Positions 19,508-32,340 of a stretch of 64,000 nt of DNA are shown one piece after another. The notes under the pieces are model-generated. The model was not told where the DNA came from. It saw nothing but the letters and a program-made list of their open reading frames with translations, and searched no databases. Origin of the DNA: Candidatus Kaelpia imicola (lineage in GTDB: Bacteria; Omnitrophota; Gorgyraeia; Kaelpiales; Kaelpiaceae); assembly GCA_030765505.1 (NCBI GenBank), contig JAVCCL010000019.1:3516-67515 (forward strand). Direction: 5' to 3'. Positions within the stretch are counted from its first letter, which is position 1. Every line of letters begins with the position of its first letter. The position numbers were made by a program, and so were the translations under genes.

Positions 19508-19523
19508 ATCATAACCGTATCAT
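19384..19523. repeat. Cluster of about 7 copies of the 10-12-mer ATGATACGGT(TA)/TAACCGTATCAT, including a perfect palindrome TAACCGTATCAT-cggaat-ATGATACGGTTA (19384-19413)
   Basis: Read directly. Copies at 19386-95(-), 19402-11(+), 19423-34(+), 19453-61(+, 1 mismatch), 19441-50(-, 1 mismatch), 19501-12(-, 1 mismatch) and 19512-23(-). The cluster straddles the start codon and 5' region of the first gene of the RND operon. Confidence 0.8.
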
Positions 19524-19598
19524 TTAGAATCTCTCAAAAAAAGGCCTCATTGTCAAGTAGAAAATGGAAGCACGCAAAGGGGATTAAACCGCAGGAAA

Positions 19599-20324
19599 TT
19601 AATCTGAAATCTGATTGATATCGATTAAATCGTCCTGCCTTGCAAGAATATGTGCGATACGTTCAAGTTCTTTTATCAATCTCTCTTTTGCTTTAGGATC
19701 TAAAGGGGGGATTTTTATCACTATCTTGTTCTGCCCAAAGATTATATTTATAAATACATTTATTTCTCGCTCTTTAGGGCTTTTACTCTCCTCTTGAATA
19801 TCCTGCTGCTCGGCTTCCTCTTCTTCGCTAACAGATTCAACTTCTGCTATCTGCACTTTGACCCTAAGACCGTATTTATGCACCGGTAGATTCTCTCCCT
19901 GCCTTTTCACAGCATCCTTAAAGACTAAAGGTGCTGCATCTTCTAACTCTTTTATAAGCCTCTCTATCTCAACTCCGTTTTCAATCTCGGGAACACCCTC
20001 CTCAAACTCTAATTCAATAGTCTCAATCCCAAAAATAGATTCCGGCATTGTATAGGCATAAAAATCACTACCCATGGGTGATGCGGTATCCGTCTCCTGC
20101 TGATGAGCTATATAAGGAAAATAGAGAACCTCGCTCTCTATCTTTTTTAAGGGAGTGTAGGCAGGCTTGCTATATTCACTTCCCAGGCTATAATCCCAGC
20201 TCTTTTTTTGATACCCACTATTCATATCTTGCGCAAAAGATATAGAGGATTGTAAGGATATAATAATCAAAAACAGAAGACCAGCACCGATGGTTGAAAC
20301 CTGTTTTAGAAAATCTATTTTCAT
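19599..20324 (-). CDS. Secreted hypothetical protein
   Basis: Signal peptide MKIDFLKQVSTIGAGLLFLIIISLQSSISFA. Acidic, no recognisable domain. First of four co-oriented secreted hypotheticals. Confidence 0.5.
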   Translation of the reverse strand: MKIDFLKQVSTIGAGLLFLIIISLQSSISFAQDMNSGYQKKSWDYSLGSEYSKPAYTPLKKIESEVLYFPYIAHQQETDTASPMGSDFYAYTMPESIFGIETIELEFEEGVPEIENGVEIERLIKELEDAAPLVFKDAVKRQGENLPVHKYGLRVKVQIAEVESVSEEEEAEQQDIQEESKSPKEREINVFINIIFGQNKIVIKIPPLDPKAKERLIKELERIAHILARQDDLIDINQISD

Positions 20325-20376
20325 ATAGTTACTATCTTAACAAATAGCGGTCTATACTGCCAATAAATTATCAAGA

Positions 20377-21936
20377 TTAAATATCACTGCAGGCTTCTGG
20401 AAAGGAGGTATTCTGGGCTTGAAGAGTATCATCGCTCTCTGACCAATATCGGGCAAGGACATTAGTGCGGGCTGCCTCATAATCTATGCCTTGGTCTATA
20501 ACTTGCTCTGCAATCTCTTTAATTGCATTGCCGAATTCTTCCAACGCTATATCGCCTAAAATTCTTGCAACCTCTTCGTCTTTAAAAGCGCGCCACATTA
20601 CCTGTCCGTATTGAATTGCATCTTCAAATGAACCTTCGACTAAAGCTAAATTAAAATTCACCGATTCTAAAGTAGCAAGTTTAGTCAAAGGATCGTACTC
20701 TAATATTTTACTTATAGAAATTGTATTATAGCTTATCTCTCCATCCTTGGATTCTATATGAGAAATGTTTAAAATCTCCGATGCTCTGTCATATTCATCA
20801 TATTGATAAAATTGAAGAGAGGTAGTAATTAAATCAGGGGCATTATCATCGTTAAAGTGTTTTATTTCAAGCACTTGGGGCATATATTCTATATCGCCGT
20901 CTTCATTGACGGATGAATAAAACTCTTTTATATTAACAGTCTCTTCGTAACTGCGAGTATACTCTCCAGGTAAAACTTCGGTAACTTTTCTATGATAACT
21001 TTTATTTTCTCTCAGTTGAAAATCCATCTCCAAAATATCTTGTTCAAAACTTGTAATAACTCCTGTCTCTAAATTTTCTATCTCTTGGTACAATTTAACT
21101 GCATAACCGAATGCATTTGATTTTTTGTTATCAAATCCCCACCAGTCACCTTCACATTCAAGATACTCTATGTAGTTATAACTATCTTTGTATACAACGA
21201 ACTCTATCTCTGGATCATTATCATCCTGCGCATATACAGGCTTGCTTGTTTTAGAAAATGTCCAGTCCAAAAAATGCGTATTTTCACTTCTTAATGCAAT
21301 CTGTATTGGTATCACCGTGCTGGGACCGCCCAGCTTATCATTTGATATGCTGTGGTTAAAAGTTATTGAAAACCCTTTTTTTGCATGCTGTCCGGATGTC
21401 TCCGTTATTCTCTTTATAGCCTCTTCTATATCCCCGTCTGTAACACCCTTTTTTCCCTTCGCATATTTGTTTATAATCCATTTTGCAACCTCCGTATTTG
21501 TTCCATTAAAAGATAATGATCCATTCTTACCCACGCTTCTGCTAGGACCGGCAGCCTTAATTGGAGCAAAGAGTTGATCGCTACTTATCATTGCAAATTC
21601 TCTAATTTTATTTCTTATAGCAGCGATTGCATATAGCGATGCGCTTAAATTTTGATAACTAATGCGTACCTGCTCCCCTGATTTCTTTCCTATCAATAAA
21701 GCCTTTATAGTCGCCTCTCTCTCTTCCAGCTCATCAATAGATAACGCGGCAGAGAGAGCGTTATAAAGCTCTGCAGCTGAACCATAATGCGATAAATCCA
21801 TAGGATTCTCTTTCTCTGAATCACTATATGCACTCACATCTATGGAGAGCATACAGCAGATAGATACTATTATTAGACCCAAAATTAAATCTTTTAAAAA
21901 GTCTTTCTTCCTCATCACAATACATTTATACCACAT
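20377..21936 (-). CDS. Secreted hypothetical protein (519 aa)
   Basis: N-terminal hydrophobic segment LILGLIIVSICCMLSIDVSA. No recognisable domain. Confidence 0.5.
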   Translation of the reverse strand: MWYKCIVMRKKDFLKDLILGLIIVSICCMLSIDVSAYSDSEKENPMDLSHYGSAAELYNALSAALSIDELEEREATIKALLIGKKSGEQVRISYQNLSASLYAIAAIRNKIREFAMISSDQLFAPIKAAGPSRSVGKNGSLSFNGTNTEVAKWIINKYAKGKKGVTDGDIEEAIKRITETSGQHAKKGFSITFNHSISNDKLGGPSTVIPIQIALRSENTHFLDWTFSKTSKPVYAQDDNDPEIEFVVYKDSYNYIEYLECEGDWWGFDNKKSNAFGYAVKLYQEIENLETGVITSFEQDILEMDFQLRENKSYHRKVTEVLPGEYTRSYEETVNIKEFYSSVNEDGDIEYMPQVLEIKHFNDDNAPDLITTSLQFYQYDEYDRASEILNISHIESKDGEISYNTISISKILEYDPLTKLATLESVNFNLALVEGSFEDAIQYGQVMWRAFKDEEVARILGDIALEEFGNAIKEIAEQVIDQGIDYEAARTNVLARYWSESDDTLQAQNTSFPEACSDI

Positions 21937-21963
21937 CTTTTATTAAAAAACAAATAAGAGTAC

Positions 21964-22539
21964 TCATTTTAGATAAAAATCGTCTATATAGCAACGCCCT
22001 GCTTCTATGCTGGTATAACGCTTATCTATAAATACATTTATTTCTACTATGTTGGAGAGCCTTTTATCTTTTAGACTATTCAGCGATATCTCTACTCGCC
22101 CCCATTCACTAGAGACTTGAGAGTTCATCTTTGTGACTCTATTACCAAATTTATCTTCTATTGTAACTCCTACTATTTTAGAAAATCCCAGCGTCGGCTC
22201 ACCCTTAATCCAAAAACCGAGCAGGTTGTACCCGCTAAAATCATGATCTGAAACATCTAACCATAGACCTCCCACGAGATCTGCCCCGGACCTAAAATCA
22301 TAATCAAGCGCCACAGCTCTTCCTCTCTCTCCTACCCGGACGCGGGCCTGGAGCTCAGCCTTAAAGCTTGCCTGCTTATCGTTAGACACCGCCTCCCATA
22401 CTCCTCCTTTATATTCATCTGCATTAAAGTCCTGCAAAATAAAGATCTGCTCCCTATACTTTGAGAAACCACCAGCTGTATTGGTACAGCCGTAGAGCAT
22501 GATAGAGATAACCACTATAAATATAAGCTCTTTTCTCAT
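21964..22539 (-). CDS. Secreted CIA30/CBM11-like beta-sandwich domain protein (third paralog)
   Basis: Lipoprotein-like signal (MRKELIFIVVISIMLYGCT). ALDYDFRSGADLVGGLWLDV...GFWIKGEPTLGF...CYIDDFYL aligns with the domains in 2449..4995 and 5070..5645 (RLDYDVDSP...NGFWMKL...IWVKGD...VYFDDITF). Confidence 0.55.
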   Translation of the reverse strand: MRKELIFIVVISIMLYGCTNTAGGFSKYREQIFILQDFNADEYKGGVWEAVSNDKQASFKAELQARVRVGERGRAVALDYDFRSGADLVGGLWLDVSDHDFSGYNLLGFWIKGEPTLGFSKIVGVTIEDKFGNRVTKMNSQVSSEWGRVEISLNSLKDKRLSNIVEINVFIDKRYTSIEAGRCYIDDFYLK

Positions 22540-23153
22540 GCTTTTACCACAATCCGCGGTTCTTTGATAGAGTAACTACCTACACCATCCCGATCGCCGC
22601 CTTTAGGTACAACTATTTTGATACTCTCTATATCCGCTATCTTAATCTCAAAAAGGGTCAATGGTATTAAGACAAGTGTAGGGCCTTTCAATTTTGCATT
22701 CAGTATTTTAGAATAACTATTGCCTTTTAATCCAATCTGGATATCCAGAGAGCTAGGCCCCTTCTTGCCCGGTAAAATGACCATCTCTAAAGCATGGTCT
22801 CCGGCTTTTTCATCAGATATCTCCAGAGGTAAAGATATCTCGCACTCCGGCATCCGCCTAAACAGAGAGAAATAGCTTATACCCAACGTCCTGCTCTCTC
22901 TATTAATACTGGCAGTCATAAAACCTAAATAGCCTATTCTGGTCGTAACCCGCTTTTTAGAATCTTCCTGGAAAAGAAAATCAAAACTATATGCAGTCTC
23001 AGACTTAAGATTGAAATCGGGCCACTCCTCGTAAAGTTCAGGATTGACTATAACAGCCTGGGGTAAAGCAAGGGTAATGCTCCGGTTCTCTTCAGCAAAA
23101 CATAGAGAATATAAAGCTAAAACAGTAAAGAGTACGGCATTCTTTATTCCCAT
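22536..23153 (-). CDS. Secreted hypothetical protein
   Basis: Signal peptide MGIKNAVLFTVLALYSLCFA. Overlaps the downstream gene by 4 nt (operon). Confidence 0.5.
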   Translation of the reverse strand: MGIKNAVLFTVLALYSLCFAEENRSITLALPQAVIVNPELYEEWPDFNLKSETAYSFDFLFQEDSKKRVTTRIGYLGFMTASINRESRTLGISYFSLFRRMPECEISLPLEISDEKAGDHALEMVILPGKKGPSSLDIQIGLKGNSYSKILNAKLKGPTLVLIPLTLFEIKIADIESIKIVVPKGGDRDGVGSYSIKEPRIVVKA

Positions 23154-23191
23154 AATAGCATCAAAGACATTTTAACACCTGCGCCGAGATT

Positions 23192-23884
23192 TTACAAACC
23201 TCTACTACCCTCCAATAATAAAACCATCTCGCCTTTTAATCTGACTTGGTTACACTCTATGCGCTTTAGGAGTTCTGATGTTTTACAACGCAGAAGTTCT
23301 TCATGGAGTTTTGTCAACTCCCTGGCTAAACAGAGATCCCTATCTCCTATAATCTCTAAAATATCTCTTAACAGTTTTTCTATCCTATGAGGGCTTTCAT
23401 AAAATATAATAGTCTTGGAATCCTCTCTTAAAGCTTCAAGCCGCTGTTTTCTTTTGCTGTTCCTGCGAGGCAAAAATCCTTCAAAAGTAAACCTGTCTGT
23501 AGCTAGACCTGAAGCTACTAAAGCAGTTAAAAAAGCGCTGGGCCCGGGAATAGATATAACATCTAAATCACATCTTAACGCCTCTCTTGCGAGGTAGAAC
23601 CCGGGGTCCGAGATCCCGGGAGTACCTGCATCTGAAATAAGAGCATAGACAGCACCCTCTTTTATCTTTTTTAAAACAGCGGATGTCTTCTGCTCTTTAT
23701 TGAAATCATGAAAAGAGACTCTTGGCGTCTCTATGCTATATCGATGAAACAGCTTTTGAGCTCTACGAGTATCTTCACATAAGACCACCTCTGCCTCCTT
23801 GAGAATCTCAAGAGCCCGAAGAGTAATATCCCCTAAATTTCCAATAGGCGTTCCGACCAGATAGAGCCTTCCCTTGTTAGACAT
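23192..23884 (-). CDS. rsmI: 16S rRNA (cytidine1402-2'-O)-methyltransferase
   Basis: LYLVGTPIGNLGDITLRALEILKEAEVVLCEDTRRAQKLF matches the RsmI (tetrapyrrole-methylase fold) N-terminus. Confidence 0.9.
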   Translation of the reverse strand: MSNKGRLYLVGTPIGNLGDITLRALEILKEAEVVLCEDTRRAQKLFHRYSIETPRVSFHDFNKEQKTSAVLKKIKEGAVYALISDAGTPGISDPGFYLAREALRCDLDVISIPGPSAFLTALVASGLATDRFTFEGFLPRRNSKRKQRLEALREDSKTIIFYESPHRIEKLLRDILEIIGDRDLCLARELTKLHEELLRCKTSELLKRIECNQVRLKGEMVLLLEGSRGL

Positions 23885-23898
23885 TTTGAAATAAAAAA

Positions 23899-25713
23899 TT
23901 ATTCTACAGTTACGCTCTTTGCAAGGTTGCGGGGCTTATCAACATTGCAACCTTTTTTAAGCGCAATAAAATATGCCAAGAGCTGTAATGGCAATGGAGT
24001 AAGTAATACTGCAACAGATTCTCGTATCTTGGGTACTTTAATAGTTCTGAAGCAGGTTGATTCCGACTCTGAATCTCCTTCTGTTATGAGACCTATAAGC
24101 TTTCCTTTTCTAGCTTTTATCTCAAGCATATTGGATAGCATCTTATCCCGCACCCTACCTGCAACAGAGAGAACCACTACAGGGAGCTGCTCTTCAATTA
24201 AAGCTATCGGCCCATGCTTCATCTCACCGCCTGGATATCCTTCAGCATGAATATAAGATATCTCTTTTAGCTTTAAAGCCCCCTCTAAAGCATTGGGATA
24301 ATTAATTCCTCGGGCTAAATATAGGAAATTTGGAGATTGATATAGCTCTGATGCTAAGCTTTTAATGCTATCTTTTTCGGCAATTATCTTCTCTAAATAG
24401 AGCGGTACCTTTTTCAAATCTTGTATATAGTCTTTTAAAAATTCGGCATCCTTAGTTTTACGAAGTTGAGCCAGTTTTAAAGATAGAAGCTGTAAGACCA
24501 TAATCTGAGCCAGGTATGTTTTGGTTGAGGCTACACCTATCTCGAGGCCGGCAGCAGTATAGAGCACTCTGTCAGATTCTCTGGCAATCGTTGAATCTTC
24601 TACGTTAACCAGAGAGAGTGTTTTAAAATTAAACTCCTTGGCAAGACGCAGGCTGGCCAATGTATCTGCAGTCTCACCCGATTGGGATATAGATATAAAA
24701 AGCGTATGCTCTTCGGGCACCGGATTTCTATATCTAAATTCACTTGAGGTATCTACGGTAACCGCTATGCCTGCCATATCCTCTATCAAGTATTCGGCAA
24801 TTAAACCTGAGTGGTAGGCTGTACCGCAGGCAACTATTACAATTTGCTTTATATCCTCAAAGAAACTATCTTTAATCGGCAATTTAACCTGATTCTGGTT
24901 AATATAATGTTCAATAACATTTTTGATTACCTCGGGCTGTTCATATATCTCTTTGAGCATAAAATGCGAAAATCCATTTTTGTCAGCCGAAGGCATTGTC
25001 CACTTTAACTCTGAAGGGTTTTTAAGCCTCTCTTTACCATTAAAATCCTTTATAGAGAAACTGTCTTTTTTTACTATTATCATCTCTCCGTCGTCTATGT
25101 ATATAACAAGCTGAGCCTCGCCTATCAATGCTGTTGCATCTGAAGCAAGGTAGTAACCATCCTTACCTATGCCCAGAAGCAAAGGGCTTAACATCCTGGC
25201 AGCAATAATTTTATCCGGCTCTCTTTTGGAAGCTGCCATCAAAGCATAGCTACCCTTCAGTTTTGGCAAAACCTGCCGCACGGCCTCTTCTAAATCATCC
25301 TTATAATACTCCTCTATAAGATGTGCTATTACTTCCGTATCTGTATCTGATCTAAACCAATGGCCGTTTTCTTCAAGTCCGATTTTAAGCTCTTGATAGT
25401 TTTCGATAATACCATTATGCACGATAGCAATCTCATCTTTGCAGTCCAGGTGAGGATGGGCATTGAGCTCATTGACCTCGCCATGAGTAGCCCAGCGCGT
25501 ATGCCCCAAACCCAAGCCGCCCTTTATATTTAACGATTTCAGAGCATCTTTTAGTACTTCGACCTTACCAGACCTCTTTACAGTTTGGAAGTTACCGTCA
25601 TTAAATATAGATATGCCGGCAGAATCATAGCCTCTATACTCTAAGCGCTCCAACCCTTTCTCAAGGATATCAAGAGCATCTCTCTTACCTATATAACCAA
25701 TTATGCCACACAT
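23899..25713 (-). CDS. glmS: Glutamine--fructose-6-phosphate aminotransferase
   Basis: N-terminal MCGIIGYIG (Ntn amidotransferase Cys1), two SIS domains, C-terminal ...NLAKSVTVE. 604 aa. Confidence 0.95.
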   Translation of the reverse strand: MCGIIGYIGKRDALDILEKGLERLEYRGYDSAGISIFNDGNFQTVKRSGKVEVLKDALKSLNIKGGLGLGHTRWATHGEVNELNAHPHLDCKDEIAIVHNGIIENYQELKIGLEENGHWFRSDTDTEVIAHLIEEYYKDDLEEAVRQVLPKLKGSYALMAASKREPDKIIAARMLSPLLLGIGKDGYYLASDATALIGEAQLVIYIDDGEMIIVKKDSFSIKDFNGKERLKNPSELKWTMPSADKNGFSHFMLKEIYEQPEVIKNVIEHYINQNQVKLPIKDSFFEDIKQIVIVACGTAYHSGLIAEYLIEDMAGIAVTVDTSSEFRYRNPVPEEHTLFISISQSGETADTLASLRLAKEFNFKTLSLVNVEDSTIARESDRVLYTAAGLEIGVASTKTYLAQIMVLQLLSLKLAQLRKTKDAEFLKDYIQDLKKVPLYLEKIIAEKDSIKSLASELYQSPNFLYLARGINYPNALEGALKLKEISYIHAEGYPGGEMKHGPIALIEEQLPVVVLSVAGRVRDKMLSNMLEIKARKGKLIGLITEGDSESESTCFRTIKVPKIRESVAVLLTPLPLQLLAYFIALKKGCNVDKPRNLAKSVTVE

Positions 25714-25762
25714 GCTACCTAAACCCCCTTTTTACTAACGCCTATCTTGCTGCCTATATCAA

Positions 25763-25835
25763 CGTCCCCAGCCGGGTTTGAACCGGCGCCGACGGCTCGA
25801 AAGGCCGTTGTCCTAGGCCGCTAGACGATGGGGAC
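25763..25835 (-). tRNA. tRNA-Glu (anticodon UUC)
   Basis: Revcomp reads GTCCCCATCGTCTAGCGGCCTAGGACAACGGCCTTTCGAGCCGTCGGCGCCGGTTCAAACCCGGCTGGGGACG. The 7-bp acceptor stem pairs, the anticodon loop is CTTTCGA, and the T-loop is GTTCAAACC. CCA is not encoded. Coordinates are by eye (+/-2). Confidence 0.8.
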
Positions 25836-25925
25836 TCCATTTTCCGTTTAAATACTACTTTATTAAGTTTACCACTTTATTTCGATTTTGCAAATAACTC
25901 TCTATTTTTCTCAAACTGTTGCCGT

Positions 25926-28361
25926 TTAGCTCTGCTCATCGTCTTTGACTACCTTAGCAAAAGATACGACTCGATCCTTATCGGCCGTCCGGACAATACG
26001 CACCCCCGAAGTGCTTCTCCCTATCTCCCTAATATCTTTTACAGAAGTCCTGACCACCTGTCCGCTCTGGGTCATCAAAACGATATCATCTTGATCGCTC
26101 ACAACCTCTGCCCCTATAACCTTACCTGTCTTGGTGGGCAGTTTCATATTGATCACACCTTTGCCGGCGCGGGATTGTATCCTGTAAGCTTTAACAGCTG
26201 TCCTTTTGCCGAATCCTTCCTCGGCAACCGTCAAAATACTATCCTCTTCTTTAACACAGCACATGCTGACTACTCTATCTCTTTTGGATAGAGTAATACC
26301 TCTGACCCCTTGAGCGCTGCGGCCCGTCGGCCTAAGCTGCTTCTCTGAAAAACATATAGACTTTCCGTCTTTTGTCGCTAAGAAGACGTTATCTTTGCCA
26401 TCGCTGATTCTGGCGCATATAAGAGAGTCCTTACTCTTTAACGAGATAGCATTTACTCCCCCTTTACGCGGGTTTTTAAAATCATTCAACTTCATCTTTT
26501 TGACAACACCGGCAGCCGTAGCAAGAACAAGAAACTGATTGGAATCAAAATCTCTAACAGGTATAAAAGCGGTGACCAGCTCTTCTCTGTTTAAACTTAA
26601 GATGTTGACAACGGCTTTACCTCTCGCCGTGCGGTTGGCAACAGGGATTTCATGTACTTTTAACCAATAAAGCCTACCGCTATTGGTTAAGAAAAGCATA
26701 TGGTCATGTGTAGAAGCAATGAAGAGTTGATCGACAAAATCACCCTCCTTCAGATCCATCCCTATCACACCCTTGCCTCCACGGCGCTGGCTTTTATATG
26801 TAGAGATAGACTGCCTCTTTATATAACCCAAATTGGATATTGTAACAACCATATCCTCTTCTGCGATTAAATCTTCAACCTTGACCTCCTTAACCTCTTC
26901 CACGATATTGCTTCTTCTCCCGTCGCTGTATCTATCTTGCACCTCTTTGAGTTCTTCTTTTATTACTTCCATAATCTTCCTGCCACTATTAAGCAAGTCT
27001 TTTAAATATTCTATCTTCTTTATAAGCTCTAAATACTCTGCCTCCAGTTTACTTACTTCTAATCGTGTTAACCTCTGCAATTGCATCTCTAATATAGACT
27101 GGGCCTGTATCTCTGTTAGTTTAAGATTTTCAACTAGCTTCTCTTTTGCATCTTGTGTATTTTTAGCCTTTTTAATTAAAGCTATAACCTTATCAATGTT
27201 TGCCAAAGCCAGTTTTAACCCCTCTATTATATGTGCTCGTCTCTCTGCTTTTTCAAGGTCAAATTTTGTCCTTCTGGTTACAACCTCTTTTCTATGCTGA
27301 ACAAACTCTGTAATCAATTGTTTTAAGGTTAAGACTTGCGGCCTATTATTCACAAGGGCAAGCAAGATAATACCGAAAGAGACCTCCATCTGAGTATGCT
27401 TGTAAAGCTGGTTCAGAATAACTTCGGAATGTCGATCTCTTTGAAGTTCTATCATAATACGAATACCCTCTTTGTCAGACTCATCTCTTAGGTCGGATAT
27501 ACCCTCTATCCTCTTCTCTTTGACCGTATTAGCAATCTGTTCTATAAGGTTGGATTTGTTTACCTGATAAGGTATCTCTTTAACAATGATAGCCTCCTTA
27601 CCTCCTTTAAGCTGTTCTACCGCCGCTTGAGCGCGAATCTTAATAATCCCTTTACCCTGGCTGTAAGCCTCTCTTAATCCTTCGCTGCCATAGAGTATCC
27701 CGCCTGTTGGAAAATCAGGCCCAGGAATATATTCCATCAACTCTGCTATAGTGATATCGGAATTATCTATATAGGCAATCGTTCCATTAATAACCTCTGT
27801 TAAATTGTGAGGAGGTATATTTGTTGCCATACCCACAGCGATGCCTGAAGAGCCGTTGACAAGAAGATTAGGAACTCTGCCGGGTAAGAGCGTGGGCTCT
27901 TTTAAGCTTTCATCAAAATTGGGCCTGAAATCCACTGTATTCTTTTCAATATCAGCAAGCAGCTCTCCGGATATTGCCGCAAGCCTAGCCTCGGTATACC
28001 GCATTGCCGCTGCCGAATCGCCGTCTACAGAGCCAAAGTTGCCCTGACCGTCTACAAGAGGATACCGCACAGAGAAACTCTGTGCCATACGCACCAGAGC
28101 ATCGTAGACCGCCGTATCACCGTGGGGATGATATTTACCTAAAACCTCTCCGACTATACGAGCGGATTTTTTGTAAGGCTTGTTAGACTCTAACCCCAGC
28201 TCTTTCATAGCAAATAATATTCTTCTATGAACAGGTTTGAGCCCGTCTTTTGCATCCGGCAAAGCCCTGCCTACAATTACGCTCATTGCATAGCTCAGAT
28301 AAGAGTCTTTCATCTCATCCTTAATATCTACATGTTTTATATTCTGTTCTCTGGCGTACAT
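25926..28361 (-). CDS. gyrA: DNA gyrase subunit A
   Basis: The [10 protein letters not shown] active-site Tyr region, GKYHPHGD and C-terminal beta-pinwheel repeats. 811 aa. Confidence 0.97.
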   Translation of the reverse strand: MYAREQNIKHVDIKDEMKDSYLSYAMSVIVGRALPDAKDGLKPVHRRILFAMKELGLESNKPYKKSARIVGEVLGKYHPHGDTAVYDALVRMAQSFSVRYPLVDGQGNFGSVDGDSAAAMRYTEARLAAISGELLADIEKNTVDFRPNFDESLKEPTLLPGRVPNLLVNGSSGIAVGMATNIPPHNLTEVINGTIAYIDNSDITIAELMEYIPGPDFPTGGILYGSEGLREAYSQGKGIIKIRAQAAVEQLKGGKEAIIVKEIPYQVNKSNLIEQIANTVKEKRIEGISDLRDESDKEGIRIMIELQRDRHSEVILNQLYKHTQMEVSFGIILLALVNNRPQVLTLKQLITEFVQHRKEVVTRRTKFDLEKAERRAHIIEGLKLALANIDKVIALIKKAKNTQDAKEKLVENLKLTEIQAQSILEMQLQRLTRLEVSKLEAEYLELIKKIEYLKDLLNSGRKIMEVIKEELKEVQDRYSDGRRSNIVEEVKEVKVEDLIAEEDMVVTISNLGYIKRQSISTYKSQRRGGKGVIGMDLKEGDFVDQLFIASTHDHMLFLTNSGRLYWLKVHEIPVANRTARGKAVVNILSLNREELVTAFIPVRDFDSNQFLVLATAAGVVKKMKLNDFKNPRKGGVNAISLKSKDSLICARISDGKDNVFLATKDGKSICFSEKQLRPTGRSAQGVRGITLSKRDRVVSMCCVKEEDSILTVAEEGFGKRTAVKAYRIQSRAGKGVINMKLPTKTGKVIGAEVVSDQDDIVLMTQSGQVVRTSVKDIREIGRSTSGVRIVRTADKDRVVSFAKVVKDDEQS

Positions 28362-28384
28362 CTCTCTCCTTCCCTTTTTAAAAA

Positions 28385-31221
<2,837 letters not shown>

Positions 31222-31224
31222 TTT

Positions 31225-32319
31225 TTACATTAACTGCATAGGTAAAACGAGATAGAGATATGTAGAGCCTATCCTTATTATTCCGGGTTTATCTACTCCG
31301 TTTAATTCAAATACTATCTCGCTCTGATCGATATTTTTCAAAATATCCAATAAATATTGAGGGTTGAAACCTATTATTATCTCTTCTCCTTTATAGTCCG
31401 CTTCCAGCTCTTCGCACCCCTCTCCTAGTTCGGGGGTCACTTTCGATATTACAACTTTATCTTTGTAAACCTCTATCTTTACAACAACAGATTCCGTGGT
31501 TGTCATAAGGTTAGCTCTTTTAATTGCTTGAAAAAAATCCTTTGTATTTAATGTTAGCTTGTTGTCGCTCTCTTGGGGTATAACCTCTTCATATTTAGGA
31601 AAGTCTCCTTCTATAAGACGTGTAATCAGCTCTGTTTTGGGTAAAGAGAATGCCATCTGGTTGTTTTTTTCGGATAGGCTTACAGTTAAAGGGGTTTCTG
31701 TTTTTTCACTCATTTTTAATAACTCTAACACTGCTTTTTGAGGAACTATATATTTACCCGACCATCCTGTTTTAATGTTTTCCCGACAGAGCGCAAGCCT
31801 TCTGCCGTCACTTGCTACTAAACTTAAGGAGTCTTCATTAAAATCAAATAGAATACCGTTTAAAACATACCTTGTCTCTTCTTTTGAACAAGCAAAATAA
31901 GTTTTTGATATCATTGAGGCAAGCTTTTTGGCATCTATTTTAAAACTTTTGCCTTCTATTTTTGGTATATCGGGATACTCTTGAGGTGAAAAACCTAAAA
32001 GTTTAAAATAACATTTCTCAGCTCTTAATATGACTCCAAAATTTTTTGTTTCTTCTATCAGTATATTATCGGATGGTATCTCTTTTAATATATCATAAAA
32101 TTTTTTTCCTAAAGCTGTAATCTTGCCTGATTGTATTACTTCCACGTCTATTTTTTTTCTAATACATATTTCAAGATCCGTAGCTGTGATAAAAAGTTTA
32201 TTCTCTTCCGCCTCTAATAACAGATTGGATAGAATCGGTAACGTTGATCTTGAAGGTATTGCTGCTATTACATCTTGTAAATGTTGGGTTATCTCTCCCC
32301 TCTCTACTTTTATTTTCAT
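31225..32319 (-). CDS. dnaN: DNA polymerase III beta sliding clamp
   Basis: The track ORF begins at 32340 (MWIKEAGM...). I prefer the internal MKIKVERGEI start (about 32319), which matches the canonical MKF/MKI...ER N-terminus. Three-domain clamp length. Confidence 0.9.
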   Translation of the reverse strand: MKIKVERGEITQHLQDVIAAIPSRSTLPILSNLLLEAEENKLFITATDLEICIRKKIDVEVIQSGKITALGKKFYDILKEIPSDNILIEETKNFGVILRAEKCYFKLLGFSPQEYPDIPKIEGKSFKIDAKKLASMISKTYFACSKEETRYVLNGILFDFNEDSLSLVASDGRRLALCRENIKTGWSGKYIVPQKAVLELLKMSEKTETPLTVSLSEKNNQMAFSLPKTELITRLIEGDFPKYEEVIPQESDNKLTLNTKDFFQAIKRANLMTTTESVVVKIEVYKDKVVISKVTPELGEGCEELEADYKGEEIIIGFNPQYLLDILKNIDQSEIVFELNGVDKPGIIRIGSTYLYLVLPMQLM

Positions 32320-32340
32320 ACCTGCCTCCTTTATCCACAC

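Noticed and set aside
19384-19523. Possibility that the decamer cluster is a CRISPR array
   Set aside because: Units are only 10-12 bp, spacing is irregular (2-60 bp), copies occur in both orientations and inside coding sequence, and no cas genes are present.
26833-27300. 155-aa plus-strand ORF inside gyrA
   Set aside because: Antisense to gyrA. Extreme Ser/Leu low complexity and no start context.
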